A DNA stretch of 64,000 bases from the human T2T-CHM13v2.0 reference genome, Homo sapiens. The position numbers and the translations under genes were made by a program. Location: the NCBI RefSeq assembly GCF_009914755.1, contig NC_060930.1. One strand, written 5' to 3'. The notes below the pieces were generated by a model, which worked only from the letters and a program-made list of their open reading frames with translations, searched no databases and was not told the DNA's origin. This document shows, piece after piece, positions 1-15,077 of the stretch (position 1 is the stretch's first letter; every line of letters begins with the position of its first letter).

Positions 1-385
1 CCAGAGATAAAAAGTTGGTGCCAAGGTGAGTCTGCACAAACACAGCTTATCTTCCATTAGTTTCCCCCAGACATTTCCTAGTCACATTCCCACAATTTAG
101 TGCCCCAGAAGCTCAAACCTCTTTCTTTTCTAGTGACTTCCACACAACTTATCACCCTTTGCTAAAATAGTATATAAACGTATCACCCTTTGCTAAAATA
201 GTATATAAACCCCTGAATCTAACCAATTCTGGGGGGTTTTCACTTTTTTTCTATGAGGCCCCCCATGCCATGTAAAAATACTAACATCAAATAAGATCTA
301 GATGCTTTGTCTCCTGTTAATCTGTCTTTCGCCATTTTAATTCACAGGCTCAAGAGGGTAAAAGAAACATTTTTCTTTCCCTACA
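1..385 (+). mobile_element. 3' part of an ERV1 (MER34/MER39-group) LTR, truncated by the window edge
   Basis: TATATAA box, 'ctcctgttaatctgtcttt' U5-like segment and terminal '...tttccctaCA', similar to the other LTRs in the window. Confidence 0.55.
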
Positions 386-1201
386 ATATTTTATCTCATT
401 CCAATTCTTAGTCCCTCAATCCTCCACCTTCCACCCTACAGGCCTCTTTTCTGTGCCTTCTAGAAAGAAAAATTATTTTTCCATTGTTCAGAGGGAGGCT
501 ATCCATCTTGTGGTTCATTTATACTCTTTGCCTACTAACTTCTTTTCCCATTTTGGTCATTTCGAAGTATCATTATCAGAGAAAGTTGGAGATAATATTT
601 TATAAAATACATTTACATACATTTGATGAAGTATCATTATTTCACCAAAAATCATTTTATTTTTCTCTTACTGGGCACTTGGGAAACTACATTTTCCAGC
701 TCATCTTGCAGTTTTACTGAGGCCATGTGACTCAGTACTGGCTAGTGGGGGATGGGTGGAAATGACATAAGTCACTCCCAGGTCTGAACATTAAAAAGAT
801 ATCATGCAGTCCTCATCCTCTCTTTGCTTTCCTCAACAATCTTGGAGGTCACATATTGAGGTTACATCACAAGAAGATGGAACCTGGATCCCAGGGTCTC
901 CAGAAAGAGAATCCCCATTGGCCCACGCATCAATCAACTTTGGTTGTACCAAGCCATTGAAGCCACTGAATTTCAGAGTTATTTAGCTCTGTAACACAAC
1001 CTAGAATATTCTATTATTATACTCTTATTTAATTCTTGTTCTGCTCCTCCATGCCGCCCCAAAAATATTTCACAGATGGAGAAGCCAGTCAGTGAAGCTA
1101 CTAACCTGGCTAAGCTAGCACACCTAGTAAGTGAGCCACTCCTCGGTTCTCTCTACATCATAACTACCCTGTTGCTAGTGCTCTTTTGTGTAAACTTTCT
1201 G

Positions 1202-2073
<872 letters not shown>

Positions 2074-2185
2074 GTAGTGGTCTACAACCCCCAGTGGACC
2101 ATTCATCCCAAAGTATCATACACTTAATCTCTTTGGAAAGGTCATTTATTCTTATCTGCCACTACTCTGTTTAACATGCAATAAG

Positions 2186-2467
2186 GGCTGGGTGAGGTGA
2201 CTCACACCTGTAATCCCAGCACTTTGGGAGGCCAAGGTGGGCAGATCACAAGGTCAGGAGTTCGAGACCAGCCTGACCAACATAGTGAAACCCCCGTCTC
2301 TACTAAAAATACAAATAATTAGCCAGGCATGGTGGCGGGCACCTCCCAGCTACCCGAGAGGCTGAGGCAGGAGAATTGCTTGGACCCAGTAGGTGGAGGT
2401 TGGAGTGAGCCAAGATCACACCACTGCACTCCAGCCCCAGCAACAGTGCGATACTCCATCTCAAAAA

Positions 2468-2510
<43 letters not shown>
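2186..2510 (+). mobile_element. Alu with (TAAA)n tail
   Basis: Alu consensus match; TSD aacatgcaataag at 2173-2185 and 2520-2532. Confidence 0.95.
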
Positions 2511-2513
<3 letters not shown>

Positions 2514-3204
2514 TTTTAAAACATGCAATAAGAGACACACTGTAGCTATGAGGTCATGATGGGAGATATCATAATGGGGAATAATATCAGACCTCTCTGA
2601 TATTCAGCTTATAGAGCCAGAATATCTCACAAGTCTCATGCTTCCAACCACGATGGCTAAATAAACAAAAAGCCATGTATCACAACAAGGACTATAAAGA
2701 GAGACCAGAGCAAAATTCATCATGTACTATAATGGGTGGAAGCAAATAATCAGAATTCAGCCCTTTCTAGTACCATGTGGGTTAGAACCTCAAAACCACC
2801 TCAACATGTTGCAGCCCCACTCCCATCTATAAATAATGATACCACCCAAAAGACATGAGAAACATAATTCTCCATTTACGTGTGTGTGTGTACATGTCCA
2901 GGCTTTAGAAATACCTGTGCACACTTCCTTATATCTATCCTTCCCTCTCTATATAGATGGCACCATCATCTACCCAGTAATGAAAACCAGAAACCTGAGC
3001 ATCGTCCCTGACTTATCCATTTCTTTCACCCAATATCAGGTCCAATAATTCTTCCTCCAAAATAATCTTCATTCCAGGCTTTTCCTCTCCATCTTCAATA
3101 TCACCTCATCTCTTTCCTGAGTTAATGGAGTATACTATTAACTGGTCACCTGGCTTTCACTTGAAATCTCTGCTAGTCCAATCTCCTCAACAAAAGGGAT
3201 CTAA

Positions 3205-3472
<268 letters not shown>

Positions 3473-3866
3473 TTTGTCTGTTCTCACATTGCTATAAAGA
3501 ACTACCTGACACTGGGTAATTCATAAGGAAAGAGGTTTGATTGGCTCACAGTTCCACAGGCTGTACAGGAATCATGGCTAGGGAAGCCTCAGGAAACTTA
3601 CAATCATGGCAGAAGGTGAAGAGGAAGCTGGCAAGTCCTACATGGCCGGAGCAGGAGGAAGACAGAGTGAAGTGGAGTGGGGTGCTATACACTTTTAAAC
3701 AACCAGATCTCGTGAGAGCTCAATCATGAGACAATACTAGGGAGATGATGCTAAACCATTAGAAATCACCTCCCTGATCCAATCACCTCCCATCAAGTCT
3801 CTCCCCCAACACAGGATTACAATTCAACATGAGGTTTGGGTGGGGACACAGAGCCAAACCGTATCA
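3473..3866 (-). mobile_element. MaLR MST-family LTR
   Basis: 'ttctcacattgctataaagaactacctga...ggggacacagagccaaaccgtatca' is typical of MST LTRs. Confidence 0.8.
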
Positions 3867-4244
3867 GGCTTCCACATAAAATTTATAAATGGTTTCTTAT
3901 TGCACCTAGAATGGAATCCAAACTCTGTATGGTGGTCTCCAATATTCCATATGACCTGGCCCTGCCTATCTCTCTTGCCTCATCTCACAGAGTTTTCCCT
4001 GCTCCCCACTTTCCAATCACTGTCCCCTCAGCAACTTTCTCTCATCTTTGCCTCTGTATTTATTCTTACCTGTGTCTGAAATGCTTTGTCCTGTCTCCCC
4101 TCATGGCCAGCTTCTCATCCCTCAGGATTATATTTAGATGTCACCCCTCTAAGGCAGTCATCCTGACCACCATACCTGAAGAAGTTCCCTTACCCATTAT
4201 TCTCTGTCATGATATTCAATCTCTTCAGAAAACTTACCAGTCTG

Positions 4245-4623
4245 TGCAGCCATAAAAAAGAATGAGTTCATGTCCTTTGCAGTGACGTGGATGAAGCTAG
4301 AAGCCATCATTCTCAGCAAACCAACACAGGAACAGAAAACTAAACACCACATGTTCTCATCATAAGTGGGATTGAACAATGAGAACGCATGGACACAGAG
4401 AGGGGAACATCACACACTGGGGCCTGTCGGCGGGTGGGAGGAAAGGGGAGGGAGAGAATTAGGACAAATACCTAATGCATGCAGGGCTTAAAATCTAGTT
4501 GACGGGTTGATAGGTGCAGCAGACCACAATGGCACATGTATATCTATGTAACAAACCTGCAAGTTCAGCACATGTATTCCAGAACTTAAAGTAAAATTTT
4601 AAAAAATAATAAATAAATAAATG
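4245..4623 (+). mobile_element. 5'-truncated L1PA 3' end
   Basis: 'gcagccataaaaaagaatgagttcatgtcctttgcag...', G-rich tract, A tail; imperfect TSD aaaacttaccagtctg / aaaatttactaatctg. Confidence 0.9.
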
Positions 4624-4722
4624 AAAATTTACTAATCTGCAATAATCTTATCCATCTTGTGTTTATTTGCTTACCTTCCCCACTGGAATGTAATATTCCT
4701 AAAGGTAAAATAACAATAATGA

Positions 4723-5025
<303 letters not shown>

Positions 5026-5541
5026 TAACAAATACTTTCTTTGCACCAGATACTGTGTTAAGCACAAATATAGCCTGCCAAGTATCTCCCAGAAACACCT
5101 TTTGCTTTTAATACCCAAACTTCATAGAATGTATGTATCTCTCGATACAGAATTCACTTGTTTATACAGTAGCTATGATCCCAAAAGTCACCAGAGGAAC
5201 ACACATGTTATGTTGTAATCTTTAGATACTGCTGTTGCTAAGAGTGACTGCAGAGCCTCATGCTCAGCGTGAGTCATACTAGGCTATGCACAGGTGCTTG
5301 TCTTGAAAACATTTCCTGGTGCCTTCCATTTTGAGCCATTGTTCTGCCTAGAGCTGTACAATGAGTACCAGAAAAGTTGATAGCTTTGAAAAGAATTATG
5401 GATAAGGAATTAAAAAAATAAGAATAGTGATTACAATGGAAGATATGGTAATACACATAAAGCAACTGTTTTAATTTTCTGATGTTTAATGTTTTAAACA
5501 TTTTACATTCTAATGTAATCATTGTTTCTAATACATAGGCG

Positions 5542-6390
5542 TGTGGGTGGGGGAAAACACTTTCTATAGCCTTTTTTTTTTTTAAAGATAGGGTCTCCCT
5601 CTGTCACCCAGGCTGGAGTGCTGTAGCATGATCTCAACTCATGGCAGCCTCCACCTCCCAGGCTCAAGCAGTCCTCCTGCCTCAGCCTCCTGAGGAGCTG
5701 GGACTACAGGCACACGCCACCGCACCTGGCTAATTTTTATATTTTTTGTAGAGACAGGGTTTCGTTATGTTGCCCAGGCTGGTCTTAAACTCCTGAGCTC
5801 AAGTGATCTGCCTCTTGGCCTCCCGAAGTGCTAGGATTACAGGCATGAGCCACCCTGCCCAGCCTTCTGTAACCTTTTACGCTTACTGATTGGGGCCTGC
5901 GAATTAAACTCACAAAAGACAGATTAGCAAGAGAAGAGATCGATTTTTATTCAAGTAAGTATGTGGGAGGTCACAGAAAAATATGACTCAAAGAGGCAGT
6001 TAGAATTTGGGGCTTATATACATATTAATAGGGGATAGGGAGGAGCAGGGAATACTCCTCGGAGAACAAATGAGTTTGTAGAAGAGGGAGGTAGAAAGAA
6101 GGGCACTTATAGAAATACAATGACTTTTTTGAAAGCTAAGTGGCCCCTTAGAATAGATGAGAGATATGATAGTTTGTACCAATGTCTGCCCAGGTATGGT
6201 ACCAACTTCTTGGCCCACAGAAGGAAGATTAGAGTTGCTCCTGGAAAGGGGATTTATGACAATTGTGTTCTTCTGGGAGGCTCTGCTTTTAGGCAGAGAA
6301 GAGATTTCAGGAAATGAAATTCCTTCAGCTCAAAATAACTCTTATGCTGAAAATGGCATACTTTGGGATGGCATATCCTGATTCCCTTCA
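5542..6390 (-). mobile_element. ERV1 MER34-group solo LTR interrupted by an antisense Alu (5572-5864)
   Basis: TG...CA ends, 4-bp TSD ggcg/ggtg; Alu TSD ttctatagcctttt/ttctgtaacctttt. Confidence 0.6.
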
Positions 6391-6724
6391 GGTGTCTTAG
6401 TGTCCTTTAGAAACTTGGTTGGGGATTTGGGGTTGATGTGTAATGTATTATAATTTTTTTCTTTTAAAGTAACATGAAATAGAGGCCAAATAGCACAAAA
6501 TGTCTAATTTTCAGACATAGAGTACTGATATTTTAAAAGAGATGCTGGTATTAACTCATTCCAAACAAACCTCTATCTTGTGTGGTGGGTATTCTCATTC
6601 ACCTTCCCGCTTTTTGTAAGGCATAGAAAGGTTAAATAGCATGCCCAAGACCTAATGAAGTAGGTAATAGAGCTGGAAACTGAACCTAGATATTCTATAT
6701 CTGAACACACTATAGAAGATTTGA

Positions 6725-7340
6725 GGCCGGGCGAGGTGGCTCATGCCTATAATCCTAACATTTTGGGAGGCCAAGAAGGGTGGATCACCTGAGGTCAGGA
6801 GTTTGAGACCAACCCCGTCTCTACTCAAAATACAAAAATTAGCCAGGTGTGGTGGTGGGTGCCTGTAATCCCAGCTACTCAGGAGGTTGAGGCAGGAGAA
6901 TCACTTGAACCCGGCAGGCGGAAGTTGCAGTGAGCTGAGATCATGCCACTGCACTACAGCCTAGGTGACAGAGCAAGACTTGGTCTCAAAAAAAAAAAAA
7001 AAAAAGAAAAGAAAGAGAAGATTCGAGGGCTAGGTGCAGTGGCTCACACCTGTAAGCCCAGCACTTCGGGAGGCCGAGGTGGGTGGTGGATCACTTGAGC
7101 TCAGGAGTCCAAGACCAACCTGGGCAACATGGTGAAACACCGTCTCTACTAAAAATGCAAAAAAATTAGCCGGGTGTGGTGGCATGCATCTGTAGTCTCA
7201 GCTACTCAGGAGGCTGAGGCAAGAGTTCTCCACACCTTGAGCCAGGGAGACAGTGGCTGCAGTGAGCCGAGATGGCACCACTGCACTCCAGCTTGGGTGA
7301 CAGAGTGAGACCTCATCTCAAAAAAAAAAAAAAAAAAAAA
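6725..7340 (+). mobile_element. Two tandem Alus (6725-7010, 7028-7340)
   Basis: Alu consensus matches; the first has a ~20-bp left-arm deletion. Confidence 0.95.
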
Positions 7341-7689
7341 GGCTTTAGGTGCCTCTCCTAAGGGAAAGCCCACCTCCATCTCATACACTGTACACCTCAA
7401 TGCCTGACCGGGCTCAGCATATAGTATTAATAAATGATCAATTAATATCTATCCTGAATGAATGAATTAACAAATAGATGAATGAAAACACACTAAGTTT
7501 TGCCTTAATAAGCCTGTACTCTTCAAAAGTGTCAAGATCCTGAAAGTCCAAAACAAAGGAACTCCTCGATTGAAGAAAACCGAAATTAACTGCCATGAGC
7601 GATCCTAGATTGGATCCTTTTGCACTAAAGGATGCTATTGAGGCAATTGGCAAAACTTGAACGGAGACTCAGGATTAGACGGCAGTAAC

Positions 7690-8115
7690 TGTGGGGACCG
7701 ACAACCCGCCTGAGTGATCTGAAGATTTCTTCAAAGTGAAAAAAATCTGAGCTACAACAAATGCAGAAAGACATCTTATCTGGCCTTTCCTTATGAGAGC
7801 TTTAGGAAGGTCAAATGCCACAGCTCCTCCGCCTCCCGCACCTACAATCCAGGAGAACTGACCTTGAGCACTGGTCATTCCAGAGGATTGTGTAAACAAG
7901 CCTCATCCAAACCTTCCATCTTTTGAAGCTGTAAACACTACTTCCTAGTAAGTAGATATACACACCCCTCTCTCTAGCTGTTCTCTAGCTTCATCTGAAA
8001 ACTCCTACATGTGTAAATAAACTTTTCTCTGGTTCTTCTGTCTATTGTTAGTTAATTTGTGGGGGCCCCCATGATCCAAACCTAAGACGTTAGAGGAAAA
8101 ATTTTTCTCCCAACA
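7690..8115 (+). mobile_element. ERV1-type solo LTR inserted in an old L1M 3' fragment
   Basis: TG...CA ends, TSD taac at 7686-7689 and 8116-8119, AATAAA near 8015. Confidence 0.6.
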
Positions 8116-9897
8116 TAACCTATCAGTGTTAATTTCCTGATGTTGATGGTTGTGTTATGGTTATTTAGGAGAATGTTTTTGTTTATCAGGAAGAAAACTG
8201 CTTTCTGTGAACATGTTTGCCATGAAGTCTATAGAAATTTTTTTTTTTTTTTTTAGTTATGAGGTGGATAAAGTTTGCATTCCCTCGCAGAAGGAGATGA
8301 GCAAGTTCTATGGTAGTGGAGGAATGAGTACAGATAGCCACAAATATTAAGGCTAGTGGCCACACCTGTCAACAGAGGTAGAGTTGGTGGAACCCAGGAA
8401 AATTTCCTGCAGGCTCAGACCTCTGAACACCAAGTGCAAGCAGCCCCCATGTGATAACAGCCAATTAGGAGAGGAGCCCAGGGTGAACTTTCAGGTGACT
8501 TCCTTGTATCCCCACCTCCAATCATTAACATCACCGTCTGCACCCACTCTAGAACCCACCTGAGTTGCCCATAGTTAGGCTGTAATTGAAGAAACAGTCT
8601 TGTGTGGATCATCAACTGTCCCTAATAAAGTCCATTTGGGATGACTCCAAAGATGATTGCCACCAAAATGGAATTTTCCTTTCTTTTTCAGAAGATTTGC
8701 TATCATACATCTACCTGGATTTTTCTCAACATCAGCTGACAAAGGAAGGTGCAGACCCGACCAAATGTATAGCAGTCTGTTTTCCATGATGAGTGTCTTC
8801 ATTTGGGGAATAATTTAGATTCTTGGCTCTCTGACTTCTTGCTGACACTCAAATAAAGGCTGCCAGTCTTGGAGACTTATTTTAATTCCATTTTATATAT
8901 TAATTTGATGCAAAGACATCATTAACTCTTCCACCATACCTTTTTCTCTGGATGCTTCCCTTAACTACCTGGGAATCTTGCCGATTCTCACAGATTAACG
9001 AGGGTGGCTCTAACTTTTGGTACACTTAAGAGGTCCAGTGGGGCTTCTTGTTTCTTCTTCACCTCCTAGTATCAGCCATAACTCCCTAAGTTTATGTTCT
9101 ATTTGTTGAGTATCACTTTAGGCTTTATTCCCACCGTGTGGAGGATTTTATCACCATGAATCGACCCAGTTACTATGCACATTTAATTATATTGCCTAAC
9201 TTTTTTCTTTGGATAAATCTTTCAAAATCTTAAGAAGGCATTTTAGAGAGTGATCAGGCTGGTTTCCAGGGTTTTAATCTTCACACTTAAGAATTGTATT
9301 TAAAATGAGCATAGTTAAAAGCAAAACAAAATCTAGACATAGAAAAATTATTGGAAGAAAATGCATCAAAATAGTTTTCTTTTTTAATTCCTACATGAGT
9401 TATATAATATTCATAAATTAAAAATACAATTACCTTGTTAAATAAAATGTTTAAAATAAAAATACAGAAATTACCTTTCTCTTTTAAAAATGTTATGCGT
9501 GTCTTTGGATCAATGTGAAAATAGAGTAGCCCTAGTTTGACACAATACTTTTTCCCAAAAAATAGCTATAAGGAATATTTCTCTGATACAGAACTTATTT
9601 CCTATCAACTCTCACTATAAAATAAATAATGTGGTCCCATTGGGAAAAAAAAAATCCCTCACTAAACTAAGTTTTAAAAGAGTTGAATAAGAAAGAAAAC
9701 TCTCAGTAGTGATCTTACAGTACTTTTAAAACTTACAGATATACTCAACAGATAGCATAGTTTCTGTTAATAAAGGTCTCATCCTCCCACCTGTCCATCC
9801 AATCAACAGGTCACCCAATTCCTGATCTGCTGGTGTCCTGGAGAAGCCCTGGTGTACAAGACAGGCCATCTTTCCACTCTGAAGCAAGCAGGTCGCT

Positions 9898-10508
9898 GCC
9901 TCAGTCCGTCCAGGCTGCTGTAACAGACTGCCATAGAGCAGGCAGCCAATGGACAACAGAAAGTTATTGCTCACAGTTCTAGAGGCTGAGAAGTCCAAGA
10001 TCAAGGCACCAGATTCAGTGTCTGGTGAGGGCTCACTTCCTAGTTCATAGATGGAGGGCCGACTTCTCACTGTTAGTTTCTCACATGGACAAAGGGGCAA
10101 GGGACCTCTCGGGGGTCTCTTTAATTTATTTATTTATTTACTTATTTATTGAGACAGAGTCTCATCCTGATACCCAGGTTGGAGTGCAATGCATCCGCCA
10201 CCATGCCCAGCTAATTTCTGTAGGTTTAGTAGAGACAGTTTCACCACATTGGCCAGGCTAGTCTTGAACTCCTGACTTCAAGTGATCTACCTGCCTCAGC
10301 CTCCAAAAGTGCTGGGATCACAGGCATGAGCCACCACACCCAGCCTGGGGGTCTCTTTTAAAAGAACACTAATCCCTTTCATGTGTGCTCTGCCCACATG
10401 ACCTAATCTTCTTCCTAAGGCCCCACCTTCAAATACCATCACAGTGGGGATTAGGTTTTAACATATAAATTTAAATTTGGGCAGCAAAGACACATATGTA
10501 GTCTACAG
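9898..10508 (-). mobile_element. MLT1 LTR interrupted by an internally deleted Alu (10120-10345)
   Basis: 'ttattgctcacagttctagaggctgagaagtccaagatcaagg' MLT1 hallmark. Confidence 0.75.
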
Positions 10509-10834
10509 CCACTATAAATGATTACAATTAGTGGGTACATGGAACCCTGAGAGCAGAAAAGGGGGCAGCTGGAAGTAGTGAACAGCCTTTTTGGACAATG
10601 TCCTGATAAATTTACTTAGAATTTCTTATCCTTTCGTAATATTTTTTAGTTGCAAATTTCCATGTAAATCTCATTGGTTCCCTGTTTGGCTAGGGGAACA
10701 GATCCCTTACAATAGCCTTCCTATTGGATACTGAAATTATCTGCTCCCTCCCCCTGGAGAGCTGAGACCATGTGTCCAGTTCATCTAGTCCTTTCAGGGC
10801 CTGGCTCAAATAATATATTTAATAAATGTGTGGT

Positions 10835-12978
10835 TGATATAGTTTGGATATTTGTCCTCACCCAAATCTCACGTTGAATTGTAATCCCCAGTGCTGGAGG
10901 TCTCAGGTATTTCTTTATAACAATGAAAGAACAGCATAACACAGAAAATTGGTACCAAGGAATGGGGCATTACTATAAAGATACATGAAAATGTGGAAGC
11001 AACTTTGGACCTGGGTAACAGGTAGAGGTTGGAAGAGTGTGGAGGGCTCAGAAGAAGACAGGAACATGAGGGAAAGTTTGGAACTCCTTAGAGACTGATT
11101 AAATGGTTATAACCAAAATGCTGATAGTGAAATGGACAGTGAAGTCCAGGCTGAGGAGGTCTCAGGTGGAAATGATAAAATTATTGGGAACTGGGGCAAA
11201 GGTTACATGTTTCATACCTTAGCGAAGGACTTGGCTGCATTCTGTTCGTGCCCTAGGGATCTGTGGAAGTTTGAATCTAAGAGTGATGAACCAGGGTATC
11301 TGGCAGAAGAAAAGCAACAAAGTGTTCAAGATGCGGCCTGGCTGCTTCTAACAACCTAATTTCAGATGCAGGAGCCAAGCAATGACTTAAAGTTGGAACT
11401 TCTATTTAAACAGGCAGCAGAGCATGAAAGTTTGGAAAATTTGCAGCATAGCCATGTGGCAAAGAAAAACAAGCTTTTTTATGAGGGGAATTCAAGCAGG
11501 CTGTGGAACAACCACTTGCTAGAGATACTTGCATAACTAAAAGGGATCCAAGTGCTAATATCCAAGACAATGGGGAAAAGGCCTCAAAGGCATTTCAGAA
11601 ATCTTCATGACAGCCCCTCCAATCACAGGCCCTAGGGTCTAAGAGGGCTGAATGGTTGTGTGGGCCAGACCCAGAGTTCTACTGCCCTGTGCAGCCTTGG
11701 GACACTGCTCCCCATATCCAGGTCACACCCCTCAAGCTAGGGCTCAAAGGGGCCAAGTTACAGCTCAGGCTGCTACTTTGGAGGGCACAAGCCATAGGCC
11801 TTGGTGGCTTCCATGTGGTGTTCAGCCTACAGGTACACATAATACAAAGTGGTGGATTCTTGGCAGCCTCTGCCTAGATTTCAGAGGATGTATAGAAATG
11901 CCTGGGTGTTCAGGCAGAAGCCCACTGCAGAGGTGGAGCTCTCACAGAGAGCCTCTACCACAGCAGTGCAGAGGGGAAATGTGGGGTTGGGGGCCCCACA
12001 CAGATTTCCCACTGGTGCACTTCCTAGTGGAGCTATGAGAAGGGGGCCATCGTCCTCTAGACTTCAGAATGTAGAGTCACTGACAGCTTGCACCCTGTGC
12101 GTGGAATAGCCACGAGCACTCCTCTCCAGCCTTTGAGAGCAGCTTTAGGGGCTAAACCCTGAAAAGCCACAGTGGTAGAGCTGTCCAAGGCCTTGGGAGC
12201 CCACCCTTCTTATCAGTATGCCCTGGATGTAGGACAAAGGAGATTATTTTGGAGCTTTAAGATTTAATGACTACACTGCTGGGTTTTAAATTTGTTTGGG
12301 GCATGTAGCCCCTCTCTTTTAGCCAATTTTTCCCTTTTAAAATGGAAATGTTTGCCCAATGCTTATACTCCCATTGTATCTTGGAAGTAACCAACTTGTT
12401 TTTTCATTTTACAGGCTCATGAGTAGAAGAGATTTGCCTTGTCTCAGGTGAAACTTTGGACTTTTAAGTTAATGCTGGAATGAGTTACAACTTTCAGGGA
12501 TTATTGGGAAGGCATGATTGGATTTTACAATGTAAGAAAAACATGCAATTTGAGAGGGGCCAGGGACAGAATGATATAGTTTGGCTATTTTGCCCCACCC
12601 AAATTTCATATTGAATTGTAATTCCCAATGCTACAGGTGGGTCCTGGTTGGAGGTATTTGGATCATGGGGGTAGATCCCCCATGGCTTGGTTTTGTTTTT
12701 GTGATAGTGAGTTCTCATGAGATCTGATCATTTAAAAGTGTGTGGCACCTGCCCCTCACTTTCACTTGCTTGCTCCTGCTTTCCTCATGCAACATGCCTG
12801 CTCCACCTTTGCCTTCCACCATGACTGTAAGTTTCCTGAGGCCTCCCTAGAAGCTGAGCAGATGCCAGCACCATGCTTTCTGAAAGCCTGCAGAACCATG
12901 AGCCAAATAACCCTCTTTCACTATAAATTATCCAGCCTCTGATATTTCTTTATAGCAATGCAAGAATGGCCTAATACA
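10835..12978 (+). mobile_element. MST (MaLR) provirus: deleted 5' LTR 10835-10943, internal region 10944-12571, 3' LTR 12572-12978
   Basis: Both LTRs start 'tgatatagtttgg'; internal region starts 'gaaaattggtacc'; 5-bp TSD GTGGT at 10830-10834 and 12979-12983. Confidence 0.88.
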
Positions 12979-13485
12979 GTGGTGAATTGTTTTCTGATGG
13001 GTAACAGATGGCACATCCTTGCCTTCTATGAGGATACGTGAAATTCACTCTGTGAATCTAAATAATGACAAATTAGTGAGAATGATTATTCATTACTGGT
13101 AGAAAGTGGGGGTGGGGGAGCTTAAAGGTATTATTCTTAAGTGCAAACATGTAAAATAGTTTACACTTAGGTACTCTGTGAACACTTCTCCTGATCTTAT
13201 CCAGATAGTGGCCATAGTGGTGACCTGGGATGGCCCAGGCATGGTGAGAGCCTCAACAGATCAAAGGCCGCCACTCATCTACATGTATGCATATAGCAAA
13301 ACAAAATGTATTAACATTGGTGTATTCATCAACTTGTCTGCTCCTTTCATTCACCAAAGAGGATCCCAAAATTTCTGGTCCAACTTCCCTTCCTTCCAGC
13401 GACACCCAGCCTCTGAGGAGAGGCCACTCTGCGCAGTTCCTCCTGAAGTTTATATGAAAAGGAAGTCAAAGGAGGAGGAAGAGTT

Positions 13486-14067
13486 TGTAGGGAAGAAAAA
13501 AACCGTTTTTCCTCTACCCTCCTGGGTTCTCCAGCTGGGGGCTTATAAATTAGACTGACAAAAGACAGATTAACAACAGTAGCCAAACAGAAGTTATGTA
13601 AATGCATGCATCGGACACACACATGGGAGAACTCAGTGATGAGTAACTCAAAGGGGTGGTTGGAACTTGGGTTTAGACAGCATCTTAACAAAAGAACCAT
13701 ACATGTTTAGAGAAGGGACAAGACAAAGGAAAAGAACTTTTGAGTTTCTAAAGGTGGAAAATTATGGACAGGCAGATATCTGGGGGAACTAATGAAAGAT
13801 AAAGACTAATTAGTAAGGCTTGTTATGTAGATTTCTCCTGTGCTCTCTCTCGGCTGAAAGGTCTAGAATTGTCTTCGGTATATAACTTCTGTCTTTCCTG
13901 GGAGAGAGGGGAGGTGGGGCACCTTTCCAAATGTATGTCCTGCTTTTATGAAAATAGGGGGAGTGTAGAGCTTTTCTTGTATCTGGATCTTTTCTATCGC
14001 TTTTAACTCAAAATAATCCTTATGCCAACATGGCATATTTTGGGGTGGCATATTCTGCTACCCTCCA
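13486..14067 (-). mobile_element. ERV1 MER34-group solo LTR
   Basis: TG...CA ends, TSD agtt at 13482-13485 and 14068-14071; similar to 1202-2073. Confidence 0.65.
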
Positions 14068-15077
14068 AGTTTAAAGAGATTTAGTCAAGCCACATCTTGA
14101 AGAGATCCCACAGCTAGGAGCGAATACACTCAGGCTGGAGAGAGAGTGTTTGAGGTAATATGGTGGCCAAAAAGAAGCTGGAAGTGTGGGTTATGACACA
14201 GCTTGTGGAACAAAAAAACGGGGACCTGAGAAGGGCTGCTAGGGAGTATGACAGTCTTCTTTATCAACCTGAAGAGAACTAAATGAAGAAAATAAGCACA
14301 TATGTATCTATCTGTCTATCTATCTTCTTTGCCTTTTGGGACCACACTTATTTAAACGTGACATTTTTTTCCGGGACTGAATGCTGAAGTCACACAGCAT
14401 ACCTAGACACCTCTGCTTGGTTCTCATGAGAACAGATGTGTGTCTCCCACTCACTGTGTCCACAAATGAACTTCTGATCTTCCTCCACAATCTGCTCTAC
14501 CCACAGCCACCCCTCCTCAGACGATGACAACTTCAACCTTCCAGACACTTAAGCCAAAACCCGTGATATTCTCCATGACATCTGCCTTCATTCCAACATC
14601 AAATTCATCAGGAAATCCTGTAGGCCCTACCTTGCAAATATATCCAGAATCTGACCACTTCTCACCACCACCAGGGCTCCTCCCCATGTGAGCCTCCATG
14701 GTCTTGGGTAATAGTAATATTAGGCCTCCCAACCTGCCCCCCCTGCATCCACCTTTGCCTTCCTACTATTCTCAATACAGCAGCCAGAATGATCTTTCTA
14801 ATAGTAAGTTAGCACATTTTCCTCGTAAGCTCAAAACACTGCAATAGTGTTCCTTTCTCTTAAGATAAAAGCCAACATCCTTTTAACAGCCTAGCAGGAT
14901 ATGTCTTTCCCCACCCATCTTGCTTCATTCACTACTCTCCTTTGGGATGACTACCCTTTGGCCACAATGGCCTCCTCAGTCTTTCACACCCTCACTGAGT
15001 ATGCTCCAGCTTAGGGACTTAGTAGCCTTAAGGCTCAATAGCCTTAATAGCCTCAAGGCTAACTTCCTCCTCTCCTT

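Noticed and set aside
11132-12109. Several ORFs within the MST internal region
   Set aside because: Fragmented MaLR internal sequence with stops and frameshifts; no intact protein.
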